A stretch of 64,000 nt of DNA, from contig CAWDYR010000016.1 of the NCBI GenBank assembly GCA_963806555.1, positions 98,108 to 162,107 on the forward strand. The letters are read 5' to 3'. The number at the start of each line of letters is the position of its first letter. The first letter of the stretch is position 1. A model generated the notes under the pieces. That model was not told the origin of the DNA. It did not search any database and saw only the letters and a program-made list of their open reading frames with translations. The stretch comes from an uncultured Bacteroidales bacterium (lineage in GTDB: Bacteria > Bacteroidota > Bacteroidia > Bacteroidales > VadinHA17). This document shows positions 30,925 to 40,811 of the stretch, piece by piece. Made by a program: the position numbers and the translations under genes.

Positions 30925-31625
30925 TTGCAGATATTTTATGCCACCGAAATTAAGGGGTCGGTTGTGTCCTTGACCCGGTCGAGTCGGGACATTGTGTAAG
31001 GGTATTAAGGATGAAGAAGGGAAGTTCCGTAACGATTGTTGACGGAAAAGGTAATCTGTATGAAGGATTTATAAGCGATCCGGATCCCCATGCCTGCAAA
31101 ATAACAATAACGGACATCAAAAAGGACTTTGAGAAAAGGGATTACAGGCTCCATATAGCAATTTCGCCATTAAAAAATTATGAAAGGTTTGAATGGTTTG
31201 TCGAGAAAAGCGTTGAAATAGGTATTGACGAGATCACACCGCTCCTGTGCAGGAATACAGAAAAGCCGGGAATAAAGGCTGACCGCATCAACAGTATTAT
31301 TATTTCAGCCATGAAACAGTCGGTCAAAGCCTTCAGGCCGGTTCTGAACCAGCCGGTCACTTTTGAAGAATTTCAGTATCTTGATCTTCCCGGGACCAGG
31401 ATGATCGCGCATTGCAGGAAAAGTGAAAGAAGCCGCGTTGACCAGGTCTGCGGAAAGGGTGAAGATGCTTTAATGCTTATAGGTCCGGAAGGAGATTTCA
31501 CCGAAGAAGAGGTCTCCAGGGCCGTGAACAACGGGTATAAGCCTGTACACCTGGGGATGAGCAGGTTAAGAACAGAAACGGCAGGTATCTGTGCCTGCCA
31601 TTCCATATATTTCATTAACCAGTGA
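30925..31625 (+). pseudogene. rsmE: 16S rRNA (uracil1498-N3)-methyltransferase RsmE, frameshift near 30955-30970
   Basis: TTG 30925 gives (M)QIFYATEIKGS... in one frame. It then shifts to ..LDPVESGHCVRVLRMKKGSSVTIVDGKGNLYEG... in the frame of ORF 31011-31625. The C-terminal LIGPEGDFTEEEV and LGMSRLRTETA are typical. Confidence 0.75.
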
Positions 31626-31627
31626 TT

Positions 31628-31852
31628 CTAATCAGCTGCCTTTTCTTCTTCCTGGTCTGTTCCCTTTTCATCAGCCCCCTCTTCCCCCTCCTCTACCGTT
31701 TTGGAAGTCCATCTGCCAGACCTGCGAAGAGCCTGATCGATAATATATTCGATCTGTCCGTTAGTGCTGCGGAATTCATCAGCAGCCCATTTCTCAACGG
31801 CTCTCAGCTTTCTGGGATTAATCCTTAGAACAAATGGCTTTTTATCGCTCAT
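31628..31852 (-). CDS. Arc/MetJ-type ribbon-helix-helix DNA-binding protein with an acidic tail
   Basis: MSDKKPFVLRINPRKLRAVEKWAADEFRSTNGQIEYIIDQAL fits the Arc-family pattern (PF.LR.P..L......A....RS.N.EI). The ATG lies 2 nt after the SPFH gene stop. Confidence 0.55.
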   Translation of the reverse strand: MSDKKPFVLRINPRKLRAVEKWAADEFRSTNGQIEYIIDQALRRSGRWTSKTVEEGEEGADEKGTDQEEEKAAD

Positions 31853-31854
31853 AA

Positions 31855-32709
31855 TCAAGAATGTAAAGTTCCTGTATTTACTACCGGGGTAGCATCTTTA
31901 TCGGAGCACAGGACAACCATAAGGTTGCTTACCATTGCAGCTTTCCGTTCCTCATCGAGTTCGACGATCTTCTTATCTGAAAGCTGTTCAAGAGCCATCT
32001 GCACCATTGATACTGCTCCCTCAACAATTTTGAATCTTGCCGCGACAACAGCGGTAGCCTGCTGACGCCTTAACATTGCATTTGCGATCTCCTCGGCATA
32101 AGCAATGTAATTGATTCTGGCTTCGATAACTTCAATCCCTGCAATTATCAACCTCTCACGTATCTCTCTTTCAAGTTCATCATTGACCTCTTCCCCTCCG
32201 CTGCGGAGGGTCATCACTGCTTCGTGATCCTCAAGATTGTCGTATGGATACAATCCTGCAAGTTTCCTCAGGGCAGCATCGCTCTGTACCAGGACAAAAT
32301 GCTGGTAATCATCCACCTCAAATACAGCCTTATATGTTTCCGAAACCCGCCATACAAGTACGAATCCTATCTTAATCGGATTCCCCAGTTTGTCATTTAC
32401 TTTGATCGGCTCACTGTCGAAATTACGGGCACGGAGGGATATTTTCCTCTTCAGGTAAAAAGGATTTACCCAGAAGAAACCATTGTCCCTTATTGTTCCG
32501 TTGTAAGCTCCGAAGAGGACCATTACGCATGATCCGTTAGGTTCCACAATTGTGAAGCCGATAAGTGTCAGCACGGTTAAAAGCGTCATAACAGCCCCCA
32601 GCCAGATAATGTCGTTGTTAAATGCGACAATGGTCCCGACCGATCAGCAATACCGCAGCCAGAGCAGCCAGATAACCTGAAACAGGTTGAACAGTAAATT
32701 CATTTTTCA
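31855..32709 (-). pseudogene. SPFH/band-7 domain membrane protein, frameshift near 32640
   Basis: MKNEFTVQPVSGYLAALAAVLLIG.. (ATG 32709) shifts into ORF 31855-32589. That ORF carries the SPFH core (..FWVNPFYLKRKISLRARNFDSEPIKVND..). Confidence 0.7.
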
Positions 32710-32765
32710 TAGCTTTATGATATTATTTTAATATCACAAATATATCATTTTAATTTTACATAAGC

Positions 32766-32795
32766 AAAAAAAAACGCAGGAAAAATTTCCTGCGT
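32766..32795 (-). terminator. rho-independent terminator after the sigma-factor/small-ORF pair
   Basis: On the minus strand, acgcaggaaa-tt-tttcctgcgt is followed by a run of 9 T. It lies 12 bp downstream of the stop at 32807. Confidence 0.7.
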
Positions 32796-32806
32796 CCGTT
32801 GATTCT

Positions 32807-33007
32807 TTAATGTTTGCTCCTGACCCGCTTTATTAACCGGTCTGTAAGCTTTTTCCCCGGAACTGGTTTAACCTGTCTCAGGAGATCTATCACATCGTGA
32901 AATTGCGGGTAAAAACCCCAGGCATCGTCATAGATGTCTATTTCGTCAGTCGGAATTTCAGGATATGAAAGAAAAGGAGTAGAATTTGTTCCCATAGGCT
33001 TCTTCAT
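32807..33007 (-). CDS. 66-aa hypothetical protein downstream of the sigma factor
   Basis: Intact ORF 49 bp downstream of the sigma-factor stop and immediately followed by a strong terminator. It has no TM segment and I recognise no family. Confidence 0.4.
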   Translation of the reverse strand: MKKPMGTNSTPFLSYPEIPTDEIDIYDDAWGFYPQFHDVIDLLRQVKPVPGKKLTDRLIKRVRSKH

Positions 33008-33055
33008 ATATTATTTATTAGAAAACGCCCGACGGGATCAAAAATTGTACTATTA

Positions 33056-33644
33056 TCAGTTAAATGTGAGTGATATTTTTTTCTCTTCCATCATTTTCCT
33101 CATGTTAATGAGGGCATATCTCATGCGTGCCAAGTGCCGTATTAATGCTAACTTCCGTTATATCAGCAATTTCCTTGAAACTAAGGCCTGAGTAGTGTCT
33201 GAGGATAACAACTTCCCTCTGGTCGTCAGGGAGCTGACTGATCAGCATCCTGATATCCTTCTGGATTTGTTTCTTGATAAGATGATCTTCAATGTTTGAT
33301 TCTGCAAACTTCCTGGAATTAAACAGATCTGATTCATAATCGTCGTTCGAAACAGTGTTGAGTTGTTTGATCCTGCGAAAATGGTCGATTATCAGGTTGT
33401 GGGCAATTCGCATGACCCAGGAAATAAATTTCCCGTTGTCGTAATACTTACCGGATTTAACAGACTGGATCACTTTCAGGAAAGTGTCCTGAAATAGATC
33501 TTCAACAAGTGCCTGATCGCGTATATAAAGGCTTATATAAGCGTAGACTTTGTTTTTGTGACGGTGGATTAGTGTTTCGAAGCAGGACTGCTCACCTTTT
33601 ACAAACTTCTCGATAAGTTCGTAATCGGACATCATTTTCTTCAT
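33056..33644 (-). pseudogene. sigma-70 family (ECF-type) RNA polymerase sigma factor, frameshift near 33125-33135
   Basis: Region 2 is DLFQDTFLKV..W.MRIAHNLIIDHFRR. Region 4 is QREVVILRHYSGLSFKEIADITEVSINTALG. The last 23 codons (MRYALINMRKMMEEKKISLTFN*) are in a shifted frame. Confidence 0.8.
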
Positions 33645-33752
33645 AGCTCTCTCTTTTTAAAGGTTTAAAGAGTAGAGTTGTTGAATAGGCAATCCAGGTT
33701 TTTGGTTAATAATGAGTACAAAGAAAAACAAATTTTTTTAATATGAAAGTAT

Positions 33753-33760
33753 TACTTTTG
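33753..33760 (+). promoter_or_regulatory. candidate -7 box TActTTTG upstream of uvrA
   Basis: TAnnTTTG match 42 bp before ATG 33802. Confidence 0.35.
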
Positions 33761-33801
33761 ATTTTTTACGAAAATTTTAAAAAAAAGTTTCAAAATCAGT
33801 T

Positions 33802-36596
33802 ATGGAAGGGAATATTGAGATCAGGGGAGCAAGGGTTCATAATCTGAAAAATATAAGTCTCAGCATACCAAGAAACAGGTTTATTGTAATTACGGGAGTT
33901 TCAGGATCGGGGAAATCTTCTCTTGCTTTCGATACAATTTATGCCGAAGGGCAGAGAAGGTATGTTGAGAGTCTCTCATCGTATGCGCGTCAATTTCTGG
34001 GCAGGATGAATAAACCTGAAGTCGATTTTATAAACGGGATCCCTCCTGCCATTGCAATAGAACAGAAGGTAAATTCGCGGAATCCGCGGTCAACAGTCGG
34101 AACTTCAACAGAGATCTATGATTATCTGAGGCTTTTGTATGCGAGGATCGGCAGGACATTTTCACCTGTTTCGGGAAAAGAGGTTAAGCGTCACAGCGCC
34201 GACGACCTCGTCAACTACCTTACATCCCTGCCGGAAGGTACAAAAGTGGTTATAACCTCACCCGGGAGCATCCCTGAAACCATTAAAATGCAGGAATACT
34301 TTTCATTTCTTGTAAAACAGGGGTTCAACCGGCTGGAGGAAAACGGTGAACTGATCAGGATTGACGGCCCGGTTGATGAACACAAGTTCAGTCCCTGCCA
34401 GAAGGTTAATATTGTCATCGACCGGCTGGTGACCAGCAATGATTCAGATAACATGAGCCGGTCAGCCGATTCAGCCCAGACCGCTTTTCAAACGGGTAAA
34501 GGACATTGCCAGGCTGTTGTTTTTGGAGACAACGGGTTGACAAGAGAAAATTTCTCTGTCAAATTTGAAGAAGATGGAATTGAATTTGAAGAACCGTCAG
34601 AATACTTTTTCAGTTTTAACAATCCCATTGGTGCATGTCCGGTTTGTGAAGGATATGGAAAAATTATAGGTATAGATGAGAATCTTGTAATACCCGACCA
34701 GAATCTTTCTGTCTTTCAGGATGCCATTGCCTGCTGGAAAGGGGAATCGATGAAAAAATGGAAAGAGCGTCTGGTATCAAGCGCCGACCTGTTTGACTTC
34801 CCGGTACATAAACCGTACTATCAGCTTACCGATGAGCAGAAAGAGCTTATCTGGAAGGGGAACAGGTATTTTTACGGGCTGAACCGGTTCTTTGAACATC
34901 TCGAAGAAAAGAAATACAAGATCCAGTACAGGGTTCTGCTGAGCCGTTACCGGGGCAAGACGATCTGTCCGGAATGCAAAGGGAGCAGGCTGAGAAAAGA
35001 GACATCGTATGTAAAGGTATCGGGAAGGACAATACAGGAGCTTGTATCCCTTCCGGTAGGAAGGTTTTACTCACTTCTCGCGGATATTGAGCTGACGGAG
35101 GCGGAGGCAAAAATCGCGGAACGGCTTCTCAAAGAGATCAGCCAGAGGTTGAAATTCCTTATCGATGTGGGTCTCTCCTATCTTACTCTTAACCGGCTGT
35201 CATCATCCTTATCAGGGGGAGAATCACAGCGGATAAACCTTGCAACTTCGCTCGGAAGCAACCTGGTGGGATCGATGTATATTCTTGATGAACCGAGCAT
35301 CGGCCTTCATCCGCGTGATACAAATCTTCTTGTAAAAGTTCTTAAGGAGCTCAGGGATCTTGGGAATTCGGTTCTTGTTGTTGAACATGAAGAGGAAATA
35401 ATAAGGGCGGCCGATGAGATAATCGATATGGGCCCTGAAGCCGGACGGCTTGGCGGTGAAGTTGTATTCCAGGGGGGCACTGACTTTTCTGAAAATAACC
35501 GTTCTCTTAACGGCATCCTACCTTAGCGGCAGGATGGCGGTAAAAGTCCCTGCCATACGAAGAAAATGGCATAGTTTTATCGAGATAAAGGGAGCAAGGG
35601 AGAACAATCTTAAAAACATAGATGTAAAATTTCCTCTGCATACCATTACGGCTGTAACAGGGGTGAGCGGATCAGGCAAATCAAGCCTCGTCACCGATAT
35701 TCTTTATAATGCCTTGTCGAACAGGATAAACGGGAACAACCTGAAACCGGGTCAGTTCCGTGAAATAACGGGTGATGTCTCAAGGCTAACCGGCATCGAG
35801 CTTGTTGATCAGAATCCCATCGGGAAATCGAGCCGGTCGAATCCGGTGACTTATATCAAGGCGTATGATGAGATAAGGAAGCTTTTTGCAGAGCAGCAGG
35901 CATCGGTACAGAATAATTTCAGAGCATCTCATTTCTCATTTAATATTGATGGCGGGAGATGCGAAGAGTGCCAGGGTGAAGGCATCATAAGGGTTGAGAT
36001 GCAGTTTATGGCCGATGTTGAGCTGACCTGCGAAAGCTGTAAGGGCATGCGGTTCAAGAGGGAGATACTTGAGGTCAGATATCACGGTAAGAATATATAT
36101 GACATGCTCGAGATGACAATTGATGAAGCCATTGAATTCTTTGAAAGTCACCCGGGGAAAAATGAAAAGAGAATTATTGAAAAGCTTAAGCCGCTTGCTG
36201 ATGTCGGACTGGGTTATATCAAGATGGGGCAGTCATCGAGCACATTGTCAGGCGGGGAAAGCCAAAGGGTTAAGCTTGCATACTTTCTGAGCCAGGAAAA
36301 GGGATCGGGTCATATCCTGTTCATCTTTGACGAACCTACAACCGGGCTTCATTTTCATGATATCAACAAGCTGCTCAAATCAATCAATGCACTTGTGGAT
36401 CATGGTCATTCCGTAATACTTATCGAACATAACCAGGAAGTTATTAAGTGCTGCCGACTGGGTTATAGATCTTGGTCCGGAGGGTGGAGAGGAAGGCGGA
36501 TACGTGGTTTTTGAAGGTAAACCTGAGGATCTGGCAAAAAACAGGAAATCTTATACAGGGCATTTCCTGGCGCCGAAACTGAAAAAAAACACATAG
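33802..36596 (+). pseudogene. uvrA: excinuclease ABC subunit A, at least 2 frameshifts
   Basis: The motifs IRGARVHNLKNI, GVSGSGKSSLAFDT, a second GVSGSGKSSL and LSGGESQR twice are present. The shift at the G6 run 35472-35477 is repaired by removing one G. A second shift lies near 36449-36455. The true end ..[14 protein letters not shown] is at 36594-36596. Confidence 0.92.
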
Positions 36597-36616
36597 GAAC
36601 GTTGATGCAATTATTC

Positions 36617-37060
36617 CTATTGTTTTATTTTGAATCCGAACATAATTGAAACACACCCGCTTGCAGGAGTAACCTCCTGTTTTGTTGAGGTATTGACTTT
36701 CATAACTATGCGGAGCTGCTGGCTTGACTGAAGCTTAAAATCCCAGATGCCTGAAAAGTTTGAATCTTTGTTGGAATAAAGGACATTCTTATTTGCATCG
36801 AGAACCGTAATTTCAATACCCGGCAGCATTTCGTCACAGCATATTGCAAGACGGTATTCCATATCGGAATAGAAAGTTTTAAACAGTTCAGCCTCTTCAC
36901 CTTCAACAAGAACTGCTGCGTGATAATTCCCGTCGTGGATGTAGGATCCAAGTTCAGGAAGACAGGTTTTTTTGGCAAAGGTCTTGCACTGGCCATTAAC
37001 ATTAAGGCCGGAAAAAATCAAAAATAGAACCAGTATTGAAAAAGTCCTGAATATTTTCAT
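36617..37060 (-). CDS. hypothetical secreted protein (147 aa, Cys-containing)
   Basis: Intact ORF with the signal peptide MKIFRTFSILVLFLIFSGLNVNG. I recognise no family. Confidence 0.5.
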   Translation of the reverse strand: MKIFRTFSILVLFLIFSGLNVNGQCKTFAKKTCLPELGSYIHDGNYHAAVLVEGEEAELFKTFYSDMEYRLAICCDEMLPGIEITVLDANKNVLYSNKDSNFSGIWDFKLQSSQQLRIVMKVNTSTKQEVTPASGCVSIMFGFKIKQ

Positions 37061-37159
37061 TATTATTTGATTTTGTTTTTATGTTATGATCGAATCAGCA
37101 TGGTTGCGGCATCCTGAGCTTTTCAATCCGACATCGGCATACCATGCAGGTTAAATATG

Positions 37160-38080
37160 CTATTTGACGAAGCTGTTCCTTATCTCACCGACAACAGTTG
37201 CGAGCTCTTTAAATACTTCCGGGGTAAGATCTGCCTGCACTTCTGATTTCAGGACCGTGACATTGGTAGTCTTATCGTATTCGGGTCTGATTGGTGTTGT
37301 TTTCAGGGTTATCTTATCAAATACAGTCTTAACTCTGGCTACCTGTGCCAGAAGCTCATCTATGGCGGGATTTCCCTTGCTGTCTCCCAGAAGGTTGATA
37401 AGAATATCAACTGAAAGTTTCTGATCAATGATCCTTCCTACTAGTTTGTTACCATTGAAATCCTTCATATCGATAAGCTGGGTGGAGATGTAGAGGCCTT
37501 CCATCCATCCGCCTGTAAGAACGATGGCTGCAATTGCGGGCTGGCCATTATCCTCGAGATAGGAATTTGAATTAAGGTATGTCTGGGAAACAATATCCAT
37601 TATAACCTCAGTGTCATGAATATTCTGTTCCAGTCTGTCGATATCTTCCTGCAGGATAGCATCAAGGATACCCAGACCGTCCGCCATCTTTTTTGCGGCA
37701 TTCATGTAGTTGATTATAAGCTGTGTCTGATCGTACAGGCTGGCGAAACTCAGATCGCATGTATAAATACCAAGATTGAGCGCCATGCTCTTATTGGTAT
37801 TGTAGTTTTTTGTGTTTTCGACAGGATTCAGAAGCTTGTCATCGAATAAAGCTCCGGCAGATTTAATGAGCATAGCAGATTCGAGTGGGGAAGGAAGAGT
37901 ATAGAAGATGGTCTCTGCTTTCTTTATTTCATCATAAATAGCGGCATTATTCTTTGACACATCCAAAGAATCTGCTTCTTTTTTTGTGCCTTTACCGCCC
38001 GAATTGCAGCTTGAAAGAATTAATGCGAACAGAATTGTCATTGCCAGAACACGGTTGGTAGTTAGAAGAAGTTTATTCAT
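37160..38080 (-). CDS. hypothetical lipoprotein (306 aa)
   Basis: Intact ORF with the lipoprotein signal ILFALILSSCNSGG. I recognise no family. Confidence 0.55.
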   Translation of the reverse strand: MNKLLLTTNRVLAMTILFALILSSCNSGGKGTKKEADSLDVSKNNAAIYDEIKKAETIFYTLPSPLESAMLIKSAGALFDDKLLNPVENTKNYNTNKSMALNLGIYTCDLSFASLYDQTQLIINYMNAAKKMADGLGILDAILQEDIDRLEQNIHDTEVIMDIVSQTYLNSNSYLEDNGQPAIAAIVLTGGWMEGLYISTQLIDMKDFNGNKLVGRIIDQKLSVDILINLLGDSKGNPAIDELLAQVARVKTVFDKITLKTTPIRPEYDKTTNVTVLKSEVQADLTPEVFKELATVVGEIRNSFVK

Positions 38081-38176
38081 TTTCGAGGTTTTTTTAAGAT
38101 TCTCTGTGTAATCAGTGCTAAATTAGTACATTATTTTTATTTATCAATAACGCTAAAATCTAATAAATGGTATTTC

Positions 38177-38184
38177 TAACTTTG
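38177..38184 (+). promoter_or_regulatory. candidate -7 box TAacTTTG
   Basis: TAnnTTTG match 17 bp before ATG 38201. Confidence 0.4.
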
Positions 38185-38200
38185 TAACAAATAATTACAA

Positions 38201-38716
38201 ATGATCAGATCTGAAAAAAGACTTAAGGAGCTTGCTCTCGTTTTGGACAGGGATAATCCCCTGCAGATAGAGGATGCGATTGAAGTTCTAAGGAACACCC
38301 AGCCTTTCGAAGGCGCCATAGGTCTGTTGATCTCATACTTTAACAGAAGCGATAATTCGTCAATAAGGAAAGAGATTACAAATTTTATGAATGACCTTAA
38401 AGATCAGGCGGCATGCCGGGAGGTGATGGAGGAGATAAAGAAGAAGATACTTCCCGACACTCTCAGAATGTTAGTCTCATCGTGCTGGCAGTCGGGTCTG
38501 GATTATGCGGCTTTCTCAGCCGACTTTGCAGGCATATTTCTTTTTACGGAGGATTATATGACTGCAGTTGAATGTTTTACCGTAATCGAGTCGTCAGCCC
38601 AAAATTTGACGCGAAAAGAGAAAGATGAGATCATCAGAATTATAACGGAGGGCTCTGCCCTGAGGTCGGAGGAAATGACAGCCCTGGAAACTGAACTCAT
38701 TTCCGTTTTAAAGTAA
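38201..38716 (+). CDS. hypothetical cytoplasmic helical protein (171 aa)
   Basis: Intact ORF with no signal peptide and a helical-repeat-like composition. I recognise no family. Confidence 0.5.
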   Translation: MIRSEKRLKELALVLDRDNPLQIEDAIEVLRNTQPFEGAIGLLISYFNRSDNSSIRKEITNFMNDLKDQAACREVMEEIKKKILPDTLRMLVSSCWQSGLDYAAFSADFAGIFLFTEDYMTAVECFTVIESSAQNLTRKEKDEIIRIITEGSALRSEEMTALETELISVLK

Positions 38717-38731
38717 GAAGGGGGATTCGGT

Positions 38732-39093
38732 CCATAGCTGCATCTTAAGGAATGCCATGGCTTATAAATACAACTGTATACCACTGAGTTGCAATAGATT
38801 TTACATTTCCCCTCCTTTTCAAGGAGGGGTGGCCGGGACTAAACATTTTGAGGGGTTTACAATTTGTTTTCCCGGCCGGGGTGGTTAATCTATGTTTAAA
38901 GTCTATCCAATTGAAAAAAGGTAATAAGAAAGACTTGAATCAACCACCCCGGCCAGACGAATTTAGACTCTGCGTGAGATATGATTTCACCGTCTGGCCA
39001 CCCCTCCTTCAAAAGGAGGGGAAACTTATTTAATTGTACTTCAGCTAATTAAATAATTATCATTCTAAAACTGATTCTTAGGATCGGCAATGG
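38732..39093 (-). repeat. nested-palindrome element, full copy E (reverse orientation)
   Basis: The reverse complement aligns end to end with copies A, C and D. The plus-strand sequence reads ccatagctgcatcttaaggaa...catttcccctccttttcaaggaggggtggccggg...aaccaccccggccagacg...cgtctggccacccctccttcaaaaggagggg...aattaaataa...ggcaatgg. It lies between convergent genes. Confidence 0.8.
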
Positions 39094-39134
39094 TTTAACC
39101 ACCCGGCCGGTTATGGGTTTCGGTCGCCCGCTAT

Positions 39135-40112
39135 TTATTCAAACGAGGAAAAATACTTCATGAACTGGGTTCTTTCAAATATCGCAGGTTCAGGGTAATT
39201 AAGATAGTTCAGCCTGCCTCTGAAATCGCCGATACTTTTGAAGTTGTTAGCTGCCATCCAGTCCGATATCTGCTTGTTCATAGTTTTGAGATACCCTATA
39301 CCTTTATTATATAGTACTGAACAAACCTGAACGGTATTGGCTCCTGCAAGCAGATATTTTACGGCATCCTGACCGGAATGCACACCTGTGGAGGCTGAAA
39401 TATCAAGCTTTATGTCCTGCGCGCTGGCCATTCCTATCCATCTGAGGACATGTCTTTTTTCACTTTCGTTGCTGAATATCGATGCAGGTATTACTTCCAT
39501 CCTGTTAATGTCGATATCAGGTTCATAAAACCTGTTAAACATGACAACGCCTTCGATTCCCCTCATATAGAACTGGTCGAGCATATACAGGATATTGGAG
39601 AATCTGAATCCGATTTTCAGGGCAACCGGGATAGTAATTGTCTTTTTAAGATTTTCAATCAGGTCGAAATAGAGTTTTTCCGATTCAGCGGATGACTTCT
39701 TCCTGTCGACAGGCATAAAAAATACATTGATCTCGATTGCATCAGCGCCTGCATCCTCAATGTTTTTTGCAAATCCGGTCCATCCTTTTGAGGAATAGCA
39801 ATTGATGCTCGGGATAACCGGAATGCTAAGGCTTTTCTTTGCATTCCTGATCAGATCAAGATAAGTATCAACCGAATTTGATTGTATATAATTTGCAATA
39901 TAGTCATCTGCTTCCGGGAATCCCGGAGTTGAAGGGAATTGAATTGATATGATAATTTATCTGTTCCTCAAAAAGCGATTTCAGAACCACCGCCCCTGCC
40001 CCTGAATCCTCAGCTTCCCTGAGCTGGCCAATAGTTGAGGTGAGCCTGCTGCTGCTGACGATCAGCGGGCTTTGAAGAGTAAAACCCAGGTATTTTGCAT
40101 AAGTTTTTCCAT
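39135..40112 (-). pseudogene. dihydroorotate dehydrogenase-like protein (paralogue of 13315-14292), at least 3 frameshifts
   Basis: ATG 40112 gives MEK(T)YAKYLGFTLQSPLIVSSS..GAGAVVLKSLFEEQI after correcting the A/T run at 40104-40108. It continues through 39659-39844 to ORF 39135-39716 (..LLAGANTVQVCSVLY..). Confidence 0.7.
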
Positions 40113-40140
40113 ATTATCAATGGTTTCTTTGAATTGGATT

Positions 40141-40811
40141 TTACTTTCTTTCACCAAATATAAGACTTCCTATCCTTACTATTGTACTCCCCTCGCTCAC
40201 CGCAATTTTATAATCACCCGACATTCCCATTGAGATCTCTTTGAAACTCAGGCTGTCTCTTAAAATAACTTTCTTTAAGTTCATGAAAGCAATCGCAAGA
40301 TATCTGAACTCTTTTCGGATCTGTTCAGGCATCATCGGTGAATGTTGCCATTCCCATCACACCGCAAATTCTTATGAAGTTCATTTTCCGGAAATCTCAG
40401 AACCTGCAGCTTCATGAAGTTCCTCCATGCTGAAACCAAATTTTGTCTCTTCCTCTGCAATATGGATCTGCAGAAGACAGTCTATTACCCTGTGAATCTT
40501 AGAAGCTTCGGAGTTTATCTGTTTCATTAATTTAAAGGTATCAACAGATTCGATCATGCTGATAAAAGGCACGATATACTTTACTTTGTTTGATTGCAGA
40601 TGGCCAATAAGATGCCATTCAATGTCAGCGGGAAGTGAATCTTTTTTGGAAAGCAGCTCCTGAACCCGGTTTTCGCCGAAGCATTTATGACCCGAATTAT
40701 ATGCTTCAAGAATAGTCTTCGGACAGGTTTTGTTTTTGATACGGCAACAAGTTTTACAGAAGCAGGCAACTGTTCTTTGAGTAATCTGATATTTGAAGCA
40801 ATTTCAGCCAT
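40141..40811 (-). pseudogene. yggS: YggS-family pyridoxal-phosphate homeostasis protein, about 3 frameshifts
   Basis: MAEIASNIRLLKEQLPASVKLVAVSKTKPV (ORF 40581-40811) continues in ORFs 40381-40572 and 40141-40335 (..MGMSGDYKIAVSEGSTIVRIGSLIFGER). Confidence 0.8.

Noticed and set aside
33802-36596. Programmed ribosomal frameshifting or recoding as an explanation for the split uvrA, clpB and rpsA genes
   Set aside because: These genes are never recoded in known bacteria. No slippery-heptamer plus structure context is visible. The shifts are repaired by single-base changes in short homopolymers.
9578-39093. The possibility that the repeated elements form a CRISPR-like array
   Set aside because: Copies are 2-18 kb apart and in both orientations. 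They are about 360 bp long and separated by housekeeping genes. No cas genes are present.
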